In this document: in pieces, positions 41,104 to 53,000 of the stretch
Numbering within the stretch: the stretch's first letter is position 1
Layout: each line of letters opens with the position of its first letter
From: Negaprion brevirostris
Lineage: Eukaryota
DNA length: 64,000 nt
Assembly: GCA_030324005.1 (NCBI GenBank)
Contig: JARDVH010000132.1
Coordinates: forward strand, 81,331,437-81,395,436
Reading direction: 5' to 3'
Program-made: the position numbers and the translations under genes
Notes under the pieces: model-generated
What the model was told of the DNA's origin: nothing
What the model saw: the letters and a program-made list of their open reading frames with translations, nothing else
Database searches by the model: none

Positions 41104-41423
41104 CTCTGACACAGCAGGGGACACCAGATTGGTTAGAATTCGTGGCCCTATGGTTACCTTGTGGAAATGGTTTCTTCAACTGCATTGTATACTTCTGGTT
41201 GAATAGGAGTTTCAGAAAAAAGTTTCAGGAAATGGGACAACGCCTCTGCTGGTCCAAGTGCCTTGTTGCCCAAGATGGTTCAACTTCACAAGTCCCTGAT
41301 GGAAAAGTTGTCATCAAGGTTTGGAAACACTATAGTGATACAGCAGCAAGAGCTTGTAGCATCTCTTTGTCCACTTGTGATCTGGTGTCCACCAGCAGTG
41401 AAACCATTTTATCCAATACATAG
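41104..41423 (+). CDS. Terminal coding exon of a class A (rhodopsin-like) orphan GPCR, nested antisense in IGF2BP3 intron 2
   Basis: Branch point CTAAC (41079-41083), pyrimidine tract and CAG acceptor (41101-41103), phase 1. Encodes (A)LTQQGTPDWLEFVALWLPCGNGFFNCIVYFWLNRSFRKKFQEMGQRLCWSKC...SETILSNT*: TM7 with NCxxY (NPxxY variant), helix 8 NxxFRxxF, post-helix cysteines and a Ser/Thr-rich tail. An in-frame TGA at 41064 shows it must be spliced. Confidence 0.8.
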
Positions 41424-43610
41424 ATTGCTAGGTATGGGGAGAAGAAACGTCAAATTGTAGAAAGATCCCTGCTGCTGTGAAACAAACACTATAGGAATGG
41501 CTCATTTGATGGTTGTGCTGTAGCAGGAAGTGTATTGGGTGAAGAAACCTGTCTTTGAAGCATTGTTTATGTGAATGTTCCCTTTAATATACTAGAAGCT
41601 AGAATTGAAGTGGAATTGGAAATTTATTTCAACTTGATCTTTTGCTCAGATGCAACTCAAGTGATAGATCTATGAAATGATTTGGTAGAATGTGTTTGTC
41701 TCAAGCAATGTTGGTTCATTTTCAGTGTTTGATCTTCTGAATTTATTAAAGTTAGCCTGTTATACTTTGCACCATCTTGGAGCTGTCAAATGCCAAAAAC
41801 CTGCTTATGATTTTTAGATTTGGTTGGTTCCTGATGATTTTTCACCCTGAAAAAATAATCTGGAATGTAGCAACTATCCTGGGGAGGGTTGGGGTGGGTT
41901 CTCAGTTGTGAGATTAGGTTGCAGATGAACTGGTGTGTTTCTAGTTGAGACATTAAATTGCACCAAATCAAAATGGCTGCCCCATGCTTTTATTTTCCAT
42001 AGCAAAATCTATTGTGAAATAACCATTGCAATTCTAAAATTATATTTTACTAACTGCAAATGAAGTGATTTAAAAAAAAAAGATAAATTTCTTCACCTTG
42101 CCCCTTGTCCATGACGTAAACATTTGATTTCGTGCACTGGGCAGAACTTGCATTTTGTTCAAATGTCCAGTGTTGAATTTAAAAAAACCCTCTTTAAACC
42201 AATTGCTAATTGTACAGAAAATATGGGCATTGGATCAACACTGGGAGCTTTATAGACCTTGCCTGCATTCAGTATATGGGTTTTAACAAATATCATTTAA
42301 TTTATAGCTTGTGTTTTTTAAAAAGATGATCTTGGAAGGCAATCCCCCAAAACATGGGTAAAAGTCCAATAATCCTGCCTAATAAAAGAAATAATTTATT
42401 CATGAATTGTAAACCAGTGGACCTTTTCACCTTGCTACTGTTTTCCTTTATTATATTTGACAGTGCTAGTATTCAAACTGTTCAGCTATCTAGTGAGTCT
42501 GACTGTGTCTAAGGAGCCTTGTGTCACTCAAAGAATAGATGTGCTTGGAGTTTCTCTGGTCAGAACCATTTGAGGTGTCACCATGAAATAGGTGATCATT
42601 TTGATGGAGCTCATATGTTTTGCTTTTTGACTTCACAATTTCAAAAGCTTGCAGTGTTTTCTTCCCTCACAGAAGCTCACTGAAATGAGACTGATATAGT
42701 TGCACTCTTCTTCTCCAACTAGCCATTCAGATTGGGTCCTGTTTCATCTTGGCTTTTCTTTGCTTTAGACCAGCCTGCATTAGCGAGTGGTAACTCTACA
42801 AAATCAATAGTCCCCATGACTGATATTAATACAGATTGTAACTAACTGAGCACAAACAATATTTGCAAGAAATTTTAATAGAAAAAAGAAACTTTTAAAA
42901 GAAATTTTAATGTATTATGTAGTGTTTGGAAATCAGTCTGCATGGTCACAAAGTGAATTTACCTTTTTAGAAAAGTGATTAAAATGTGACAATTAATTTC
43001 TTAACAATGACCCTTTTGTCTGACAAACTTTTGAATTCTTGGGATTATCAGTATTTTGCATTTGATTCAAGTGCCTTGTGTCAAATTTAAAATGTTAACT
43101 GTCAATAAGGTTGGCTTTTTGAGCAGATTCTTCAGTTTCCAATTAAAGGAACCAATCTAGCAAGTTAAAAATTAAGCTTTGAAATTGCATGTAATAATGT
43201 TGCCTGATTTGTACTAACCAAAATGTTGTAAGGAAATCAGCAAGTACAAGTTCCTGAGTAGTGAAGGAATACTATTGCCTCATACTGGAAAAGTTTGTAA
43301 GCAAGTCTTTTCAAATCTTGTTTTAAAATCTTTATTTTTGGAGGATTTGGGGGGGGGCAGCATTGCAGGGGAGGGCAATTTAGGGATTCTTAACTTTTGT
43401 GCAATGTGTCAACTTGTTGATGCTCACTTAGCCTTATGTCGTGTTGAATACTTTTAGTTTTGTCTGTACATTACACTCAGGATCTGTACATAAGAATTAA
43501 TAACCTAGAGTTGAATACGTTGTTTCTTTGGCTTGGATGATCTTGAAAATTTATCAGATTGTGACAATTAAACTGAATTAATATTTGAAAATAAAGCTAT
43601 TATGCCTTAA
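41424..43610 (+). other. Putative 3' UTR of the nested GPCR gene
   Basis: TE-free and T-rich on the plus strand after the stop codon; candidate poly(A) signals ATTAAA (~41745), AATAAA (42381-42386) and AATAAA (43590-43595). The true end is unknown. Confidence 0.45.
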
Positions 43611-43744
43611 GAGGATCCTTGTCATTCTCATACATTCAACACTTCTTCACAGCACAAGTGATTTGTTTTCTCCTACAGCTTCAGGGAAACATAATGCTGC
43701 AAATGGTCTCTGACTTTTGGTTCATATGGATTTAAATATTGAAA

Positions 43745-44013
43745 TCATAGAATCCCTACAGTGCAGAAGGAGGCCATTCAGCCCATTGAGCCTGCACCAA
43801 CAACAATTCCACCCAAGCCCTATCCCTGTAACCCCACATTTATCCTGCTGACACTGAGGGCAATTTAGCCTGGTCAATCTACCTAACCTTTACATCTTTA
43901 GACTCTGGGAAGAAACCAGAGCACCCAGAGGAAACCCACACAGACAAACCCCACAACCTGGGTCTCTGGCCACTGAGGCAGCAGTGCCTAACCACTGTGC
44001 CACCATGCCACCC
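43745..44013 (-). mobile_element. HE1-type V-SINE
   Basis: tcatagaatccctacagtgcagaaggaggcc...taaccactgtgccaccatgccaccc. Confidence 0.85.
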
Positions 44014-44630
44014 AATGGTTAATATTGGATGATGAACATGTACATAGGTTTGATTTGGTTAAGTTATCAGTTAATAAACTTTCTGTGACTATAGTGATTG
44101 TGATTTTCTCTATTTGTCATAAACTGGTCTAAGTTCAAAGTGGTAGTTGATTTCAATCTTCCATGTTTAAAGCCAAGCTGCCTAAACATGTACACAGTTT
44201 CAAAGCCAAAGGATTCTGATGAAGCAAAACCCAGACCAAACAACTGCAACTTTTTATGGCCATTAAACTGTGCTAAAAATGTTATTCTGTATACATGCAT
44301 TCCATCTGAAGAACAAATACAGTAGAAACTGAGTTTTATTAAAATAAATTTAATTGTAGACACAAGGTAAATTCTTGAACTCCTTCAGCATTGACTATAA
44401 CTTTTAGAAGCTTATTTATGCTGTCAGAAAATTGTTCCATGTTTAAAAATTGTAGCTTTTTTCCCATCATGAGATGCATAGTTGATTTAAATGTACATGT
44501 CACACTCCTTCCTATCTTTCCTTGTTCCTTCTGTGTTCCTTCTTTCACCACTGCCCTTCTCCACCCTACTCCCCATTTCTCTTCTCCCCAGATCCATTCT
44601 TTTCCCCTTAAACTGTACATACAATTATCA

Positions 44631-44915
44631 TGTGGAGATGCCAGTATTGGACTGGGGTAAACACAGTAAAAAGTGTCACAACACCAGGGTAAAGTCCAAC
44701 AGGTTTATTTGTTAGCACAAGCCACTAGTTTTCAGAGTGCTGCCCCTTCATCAGGTGAGTGGGTTCTCAATGGGCATAAACAGACAAACTCAATTTACAA
44801 AATGGTTGGACTGCGAGCTTTTACAGGTAAAGAAGTCTTAAAAAGGTACAGACAATGTGAGTGGAGAAGGAGTTAAGCACAAGTTAAAGATGTATATTGT
44901 CTCTAGCCAGGACAA
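44631..44915 (-). mobile_element. Penelope-like element terminal fragment carrying a minimal hammerhead ribozyme motif (44721-44760)
   Basis: Minus strand: ctcac-CTGATGA-aggggc-agc-actct-GAAA-ac-TA-gtgg, then aataaacctgttggact...ccccagtccaatactggcatctcca. Confidence 0.65.
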
Positions 44916-46924
44916 TTATTGTACAGAACACAAACCATTTAGCTCGAAGAGTCTAGTTCAGATGCGTACAATTCATGCAAACCTCCTCCTTCTCTAATTA
45001 TCTTTCCCACTAGCCCCTTTTCCTCTCTCCATCATGAATGCATCAGGCCTCTCCTTGTATCAATGCTATCTACTTCAATTATTTCATATGGCAACAAGTT
45101 TAATATACTTACTGCTCCAAAAATAAATTCCTCCTTAAATTCTTTATTTGATCTTTTTTCCCCATATTTTATTGGTGTGCTTTCAGTCTGGATTCATCTG
45201 GAAGTGGAAATTTTTTTTCAACTAGATGCCTTCATAAATTTGGAAGTGTCTTATCAGGTCTCCTCCAAATCTAGTCTTTGCCAGATAAGAGTCACTTTCT
45301 ACTCAGTTTTTCGAAAACTGAATTTCACAAATGGTGATAGCCAGTTAGACTACCATGAATGTACGAACTTTAAAAACTATCCACTTTACCCTGACTTATC
45401 AACTTTTAAACTTCACTTTCAAACTGCTGCGCTACCCCACTCCTTCCCACCAGCATGCCTGGGACATCAGGTCTTTGTAGCTCTCTCAATAAAAATATTT
45501 TCTCAATTCTTCTAATCACCTTAACCTTCTACCATCTGGTTACCAACATAATCAGAACAAGTAGTTCTGAGCAAATTACTGCTATCTAAACCCCAGGTTT
45601 TAAAACCAGATTGCCTCCTAAAACTTTGAGAAACAATGCTTTCTCCTTAATCACCAATATCATTTTGGTGAACCTCTGGTTTGCCTAAAAAGGCCTCAGC
45701 ATCCATCCTGAAGTAAATGGATCAGCCAAACATTTATTTCAATTGCTGGCTATTTTACATTCTCTATTTTCAAAGATCGCAAATCAGAGAGGCTAAATTA
45801 TGTAGTTTTTAGAAACAGGATCTTTCTAGTGCTTCATTTTGGTAATTAGGATGTGAAGTTGTAACCAATTTGATCAAGTTTTGCTCAGACACGTTCACCT
45901 GCTTCCATTTAAGTTTTGCTATTTGCCAAGATGCAGATCTACATTTGTTCAAATTCTCTGTACCGCAGGCTTCAGCAATACGTTTTTTTCTTGAATTTCA
46001 AAAGAAAGTTAAAAGTATTAATATTCAGTACAAGTGTTTTCAAATCTGAATTAAACAAATCAGATTACAATTGGACAATAAACTAAGATTTGATTTCAGG
46101 CTGGACTCAAAAGATTTCGATATAAATGGCATAAAACAGCATTCAAGACTTCTGATTACAAGATATTTAAATCAAATTTACAAGTTCATAAAACTCAGTC
46201 CATTCATTTAAAGTTTCAAATTTATACCAAACTCAAATAACAAATAAATGAAATTCAGAAAGTGCAGCATCTAAATTATTCACTGATTTGTTACAAGCCA
46301 TTTTACATTGCAACTTTTTCTTGTGAACTTACTAATCTGAATGAAAATCAAAGATCATACTCTGGTCTCGACTTGTCAAATTTTGCAAAAATTTACAATT
46401 TAATCATTTTAATCTGCAACATGCCAGGCAAGCCTATAAAAAGCGCAACACTTAAATACAAACCATCTTCAAGACAAACTGGAGGTAGATTTAGTTTTTG
46501 AAAAATCACATTTGTTCATGATCAATTTACTTTTAGATTTAAATCTGTCTTGAGATTTGACTGGAAATGCATCACAATTCAGAATTTTCTCCAAAATTTC
46601 TACAGGACAAGTTATTTACATTAAAAAGTACATATTGTCAAACGCAATTTTGAAAGTGCAACCACTGAAGAGGCAAACGATAGAAACCATTTTGGGATGG
46701 TGTATTCCATGTAGATGATCCCTGGAAATACAAGCCTTCTCCACAATAGCAAAATGTCTCAAGGGATTTCCTCAGAAAGATCTCTACTGTTTAGGGAAGT
46801 GACTAAAAACACACTTCTTGGTCCATTACTTCGGAGACACTTTTGAAAACAATGCAAAGGGATTTAAGTTTAGGGCAAAGAATCCTAGAGGTTCTGCCAC
46901 CTGTGCTGGTGAACAGAGGTCAGT

Positions 46925-48060
46925 TATAGCATAGAAACAGGAGCTGGCTATTCCACCCTTTGAGCCTTTTCCACTATTCAGATTAGACCATGGTTGATCT
47001 GAACTTCGTGTAATGGCTGCAGCACAGAATGCAGCGTGCTATGTGCATACCAGCTCTCTGCAATCACAACTCAGCTAGTCTAAACCCCACCTTTCAGGCA
47101 GTGTATTACAAATTCTAGCCCTTCCTTCTTTTGTCAATCATTTTAAATCTTTGTCCTTTGGTTCAGCTGCATGGCTTAAACCCATCATGATCCCCTCTCA
47201 AACTTTTCTGTTTTGAGAGTAGCTCCTAGCTTTTCAAATCTAGAGGTACCTGAAGTCTCTCATCCCTGGAACCACTCAAAATCCTTTTCAACACCCTTGT
47301 TTCTCTAGTCACAGAAGTATCAGAATTGGACACAATGTACTAGAGTGGAGGCCAGCCCAGTATTTTGTAAGGGATCATTGTACTATCCTTGTTTTTGTAG
47401 TCTTTGCCTCAATTTATAAAGCGTAGGATCTCCTTACCTTATTCACCACTCTCACATCTGTCCTGCCACTTTAAATTTGTGCACATATGCTCCAGGTATG
47501 TCCATTGCAGTATCTGTGAGGAATTGTGCCCTTTCTTATATTGCCTCTCCTTACAAAGTGCATCGCCTCACTTCTCTGCATTAAACTTAATCTATCGTGT
47601 CAGCCCATTATGTCCTTTTGAAGTCCATCATCATCATCATCTTCCTCTTCCAAATTATGAAGTGCTTCCTAATTTTGTTGCTCAATTTACCCAGCTCTTT
47701 GCCCTTATGCATTCATCTTCCAGAAGAAATAGTTTCTCTTATCTACTCTAATGAATCCTCACCATTTTAACTATTTCCATTAGGTCAGCCTCCAATCTAT
47801 TAAACAATAAAAATGAATTTTATGCAACACAGCTCATAACTGGAACACTGAACTTCAGTCTGATTAATCAACCCCATACCTCCCAAGATCAATATATTTT
47901 TCCTGAGATTCAGCACCCAAAACTGATCCCAATTTGAGTGAAATCTTCTCTGAACTGAAATAGCATCTACCCTTTGTATTTCATCCCTTGGGATAAGGCT
48001 AACATTTCATTAGACTCCTTAAATGATTTTCTTCTACTAGTGCACTAGCTCTAGCGATTT
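46925..48060 (-). mobile_element. Old CR1-like LINE fragments
   Basis: CR1 tail and reverse-strand VQF..L, FNAEK.EA.HF remnants. Confidence 0.55.
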
Positions 48061-49912
48061 GTGTTAATGGACACCAGGAACACAGGCTGGAGAGGGGTGT
48101 CAGGGCTGGACAGGTTGCAAAGCTATAAAGGAATTTGTAAATGATGATTGAGGGTATTGCTGAAGTGGTTGTGTTGCAAAGGTAGCATAGATTAATTTTC
48201 CACAACTACAGGCACTAAAGGATGCAAAAGACCAAGGATAAACATTTCATTTAATCAAATTCTGCTTAATACTATCCTTGTGAAGTACCCTGGCTTGTTT
48301 TACTATATTAAAAGACAAAAAAAAACGGTTGTCACAATCAGGATTCTGAGAGATAGAGCAGGGTAGCAAAAGCAAAGCCAGATGAGTTGTATTTTCAACT
48401 ATCCATCAGTCTCAAAGGCTTCAAGTGAACAATGCCCACTTAAACAAGTTGCTAAAGAGTCCTAGGCACTTGGTAAAATCTTACTCCATCAAGTAAGAAA
48501 TGGGATGGGAGGAACAAAAGAAATAAGGGAGACATTTAAAGAACAAAAACACACCCAAGGCTAAAGATGGGCCAGTTATTGAATGGTCAGTGTGTACACA
48601 ATTGTTCCTGCCAATTTTAATAGCAAATACAACAACTTGCATTTATATAGCCCATTTAACATCTCAAACCAATTCAAATTTGACAAAATGGAACCTAGAA
48701 ATTAAACCTTAATGCTACGTTTATATATTTTGTAGACAGTTCAGGAAAAAAATTGAACAAATGTATTATTAAATACTCTATAGCTAGTTTAAATACAACT
48801 TAATATCCTTCTATACAAAATCTTAAATTATAAATGAATTTCAGTCTTCATAAAGAGGTCATGGGTGCTGAAATTTTCTTTCTGGAAAGAACTTTACAAC
48901 CAGTACACAATTTTTAACCAGGTCCCAAGAAACTTAAATTTAAAAAGGAAGACTTCAAATTCAGCCATTTTAATGCAGAAATCATTCTGAACCAGTTTGA
49001 ATTTGAGAAATGTAGTTATTCTTGGGATGCCTTACCAGCATTTAATATCAAGATAACAAATTGTTAAAATGAATTGAATTTTAGAGCAAACATTTAAATA
49101 CAAGAAATCAATAAACCCATCCAACTTTTAAGGAAGTCTGAGGTACATCAGTAACTTGGGTTGATTTACCTAGCCTTAGCCACAGCAGCAGTCAAGTCTT
49201 ACAATTGATCTTGGTGCCCCTAGTTTACAGGAGAAAGCACAGCCAGTAAACTGGCTCCCAAACATGATCAGGTGACCCTTGCTGAAAGCATACGATAGGG
49301 ACAAGATCAAGTTCAGCTGAGATTTCCCCATTTGATTAGCCAGTCAGCACTTGCATCATGTTGAGGTACTCAAAACTGCTTAGTGCAATCACACCCTGGC
49401 ATTAAAAACAAGATCTTGCATTATATAGTATATTTAAAACATAGTACAAGGTGTATCAAAAAGAAAACTCATAAGGCACACAATAGGATAGATAATCCAA
49501 AGTTTGGGCAAAGAGGCAGGATTTATAGAACCTCTGATAAGAAGGAAGAGGAACAATGGTTTGGGGAGGGAATAAGCAAATGTTTTCAGTAGAGAAGGTG
49601 AAACTGAGTACAAAAACAAGCTTGATATCAAGTTAAATTTATTTTAATACTAACATTAATTTTTCTACATTAGTCTGTTTAATCAGGAATATATTAATCA
49701 TATTAGATGACCTTTCAATCTTTTGGAATAAAAGATCAAACTTGTGACTAGCAATTTGAAGTGCAACAGCAAATCCAATTTTATCTTGGGTTTTAGAAGT
49801 TACAACATGTAGATTAAAATTGCACAGAACTTCAAATTCAGGAAAGCAGCACATCAACTTTTGCCACTTGTATTTTAATATTTCAGCAGCTGTTATGATT
49901 GAACTATATAAG

Positions 49913-50012
49913 TGACTCATTCTTAAGAATAGATTTAAAGTGATTCATTTTTAAGAATAGGTTTAAGAATCACAGAACTATCTTATGACTCATTCTTCAG
50001 AACAGGTTAAAG
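49913..50012. repeat. Three degenerate ~28 bp direct repeats (tgactcattcttaagaatag)
   Basis: Copies start at 49913, 49941 and 49986. Confidence 0.75.
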
Positions 50013-53000
50013 ACATATCCTCCTTTACCTTCTCTACGGCCAGTGGCAAAATTTAATGTAGCATACAACTCTAGTGGCCAGTCACAGAAAAAGAAAACTG
50101 TGCCATTTTCACCTTACAATTTAAAATTTGTTCAAAGTGCACATCATTTCATTTCCAAAGTAGATAATTTTTAAATATTGCCACGATCTGCAGAGAGCAC
50201 ATTTAAAAAATCCCTTCAAATTAACTATTTTCTAAAACTGGTCACCATTTTATTGTGAGACATTTGGGTTGTAAATTTTATTGCAGTAAAACTGGTACAT
50301 TTTGCTGACTTAAGCCAATTTGCTTACAATAATGGATACAACTATTTCAAATTACATGCATTCTAAAAACACATTTACAAGTTACAGTACAGTTCATTTC
50401 AATTCATTGTGTACCGAGTGAAGTTTGACAAACACGAGAAACCTCAAAAATCACGTCAGGTATTTGGGCTTTTTGACAAGATTTTTAAATTCAATTAAAG
50501 ACTGAATGATTTGTAGGCTGCATTTTCATTCCATGTAATAAGTTATGCATGTCTAAAAGGCTGCAATTAGATCATCTTTGTATTGTAATGAAAGGATTCA
50601 TAAATCACTTTTTACAGATGGATTGTATAGATGACGAATATTATATAATTTTGCTGTCTTTTCAAAGCTAGAGCTCTAGTTTTGATTTCTTTCAAATTGC
50701 TGTGTCAAGTATTAATCTAAACATTTAAAATATTCTATTAGTCAGTTTACAGAAATGTGCGCAGATTCCCAGAGTTTGAAATTCTTAATATTAACAGTCA
50801 ACAAGAGGCTGAAGAGTTGAAGGTATTGATATTTATCAAATCAGTAAAAGGACAAATCACATTTCTGAATATAGATGAATGTTAACTGAAATTATATAGG
50901 TCATGATTCAGCTTTTTGTTAAACAATGTATTTGGTATCCAGAAATCCCAGCAGTCATGAAGAATGCCACTTAACCATGTAATTAAATGAATACAAAGTT
51001 TTAAGAGAGAGTATTTAAATCTTTAATATTAAATAGCTATGGCAATCATTTCAATATTAGTAAATACAAAACATCACATACAGTAACCTGTGCCACTTAT
51101 TTTAGAATTTTGATCTTGTTTGTACTGTGTGCGCAACATACAAGGGAAGAAGAAAAGGCAGGTAAACATAACCAATTTTCAGTGGTTAAGAGAATGTGAC
51201 TACGCTCCGAACTGTCAAGCTCAAGACTGTTATAAAATAAACTCAAGCAGAAGTTAGAACACCTTTGTTATATTGTGACTTTCAGTTTTATAATTGTTAA
51301 GCTACATTGTAATTACAATTGTATAGTGTCCTGTGGTGCACCATTAATTTCTGGACTGTTCTATTATGCATAACATTAGCAAAGAACACCAACACATGTT
51401 TTCATTGTCCAGTGTCACATCAGATATGGCTCATCAGTTCAATACACAGCTGCATATTGGAAGATTTCTAAATTAGATTTTAATACAACTTCAATACTGC
51501 TGAATTAAAAACCTGACACAAAGATTCAAAATATAAGCCATATTACGATGCATCTATCAAGTGACCGTCCACAGGTATTGTATTCTACAACTTCTGCTCT
51601 ATTGTTTTGTTTTATTACCACAGTGATTTTCAGAAATGTCAAACATGATCAAATCATGCAAAAACTAAATATATCAAAACGAATCAAACAGATTTAAGTT
51701 GTTACTAAACTGCACTTTACCTGAACCATAATCATGTACCTTTCTTAGATTAAGTTTACCAGTTCAGAATGGTAATATTCATTTGGAAACTTGTATAAAA
51801 ACTATACACCACATTTGCAACTGACAGTAACACCACATCCATAAGTGGCACTTTCCACATATTCTACACATCTAAGAACGGAACATGGTTATGCTCCAGG
51901 TGAAGTGTAGTAAGTAACAAATTAATCAAAATTGTTACCAAGATTAGCCACTCTCATGTTAACAGTTGGCCATTAAAAACCAACCCACACCAGTTATTAC
52001 TAGTAAGCAAAACTTTTCACTGTTATTTTAATTGCAGTCATTTGTTCATTCCTGCAATGTCTCAATGACTACCATGGGTACACTGTGAAACTCAAAATAG
52101 ACAGAAAAGATAGTTTGCATCTGCTTTTGCCAGATTTCTGGTACAAATGAAGAAATTGATTCCCTGTCACTCAAAAGATGTCCTCAATGTAAGAAACATT
52201 CTTAAAGCTTTCTTTGAGCCAAGAAATTTGTGCTCCATTCACAGTTTTAAAAAATCACCATGCACACTTTCCTGATTGAACCCAAAATTTACAAATTTAG
52301 CACAGTTAAATATTGAGTTAAAAAAATCCCAAAACATTGGACCAAGTATGTTAATAGTGGTGCAGGGAAAAATCAAAACTTTAGACCACACAAGAGCAAC
52401 TCTCCACAGAAATGTTATTGCAGTCAGCCTGGATCCAGGAATTTGATCCAATTTCTATTGCCCCATCCCCTAAAATAATTTTGATCAATTAGATCCAATA
52501 CACGGTTAAACACGAGTGCATAATGTTAGGTCTCATTGAATTTAAAGACAACACTAAAGTTAACTGTAGGAAATTTGTAACGGAAATAAGCCGCAGATTG
52601 AAATTAAATACATACAAGGTGAACAATTAAACCAGTTTCAAAATATAATGAAGAGTTGTTAAGCTGTTTGAGTCAATATACTGAATAAACGTGTCAGATT
52701 ATACTGGCCATCCTCTCTGCATTTAGCAAATTGTTGTTCTAAGGCTGCACCACAGCACGGACACTATCAGAATTAAGAGTTAAACATAACAGATTTATTA
52801 TATGCCATAAACAGCATTATGGAATGACATGGCATAAAACAAAGTATTTCCACATTTTTAATGCCAAAATATCTACAAAACAAGAAAAACGATATTTGTG
52901 GTAGGAAATCACCAGATACCCTAAACATGATTCAACAATCAAAAGCAGTTCAGCTGCCTAGTATGCAATGTCTGCCCTCTTTACCGATTGTAGTCAGAGG

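Noticed and set aside
41142-41423. Stand-alone 93 aa ORF starting at GTG
   Set aside because: No ATG and only one TM helix; better explained as a spliced last exon starting at 41104.
49913-50012. Spaced direct repeats as CRISPR-like arrays (also 63403-63483)
   Set aside because: Vertebrate DNA, only 2-3 degenerate copies, no regular spacers and no cas genes.
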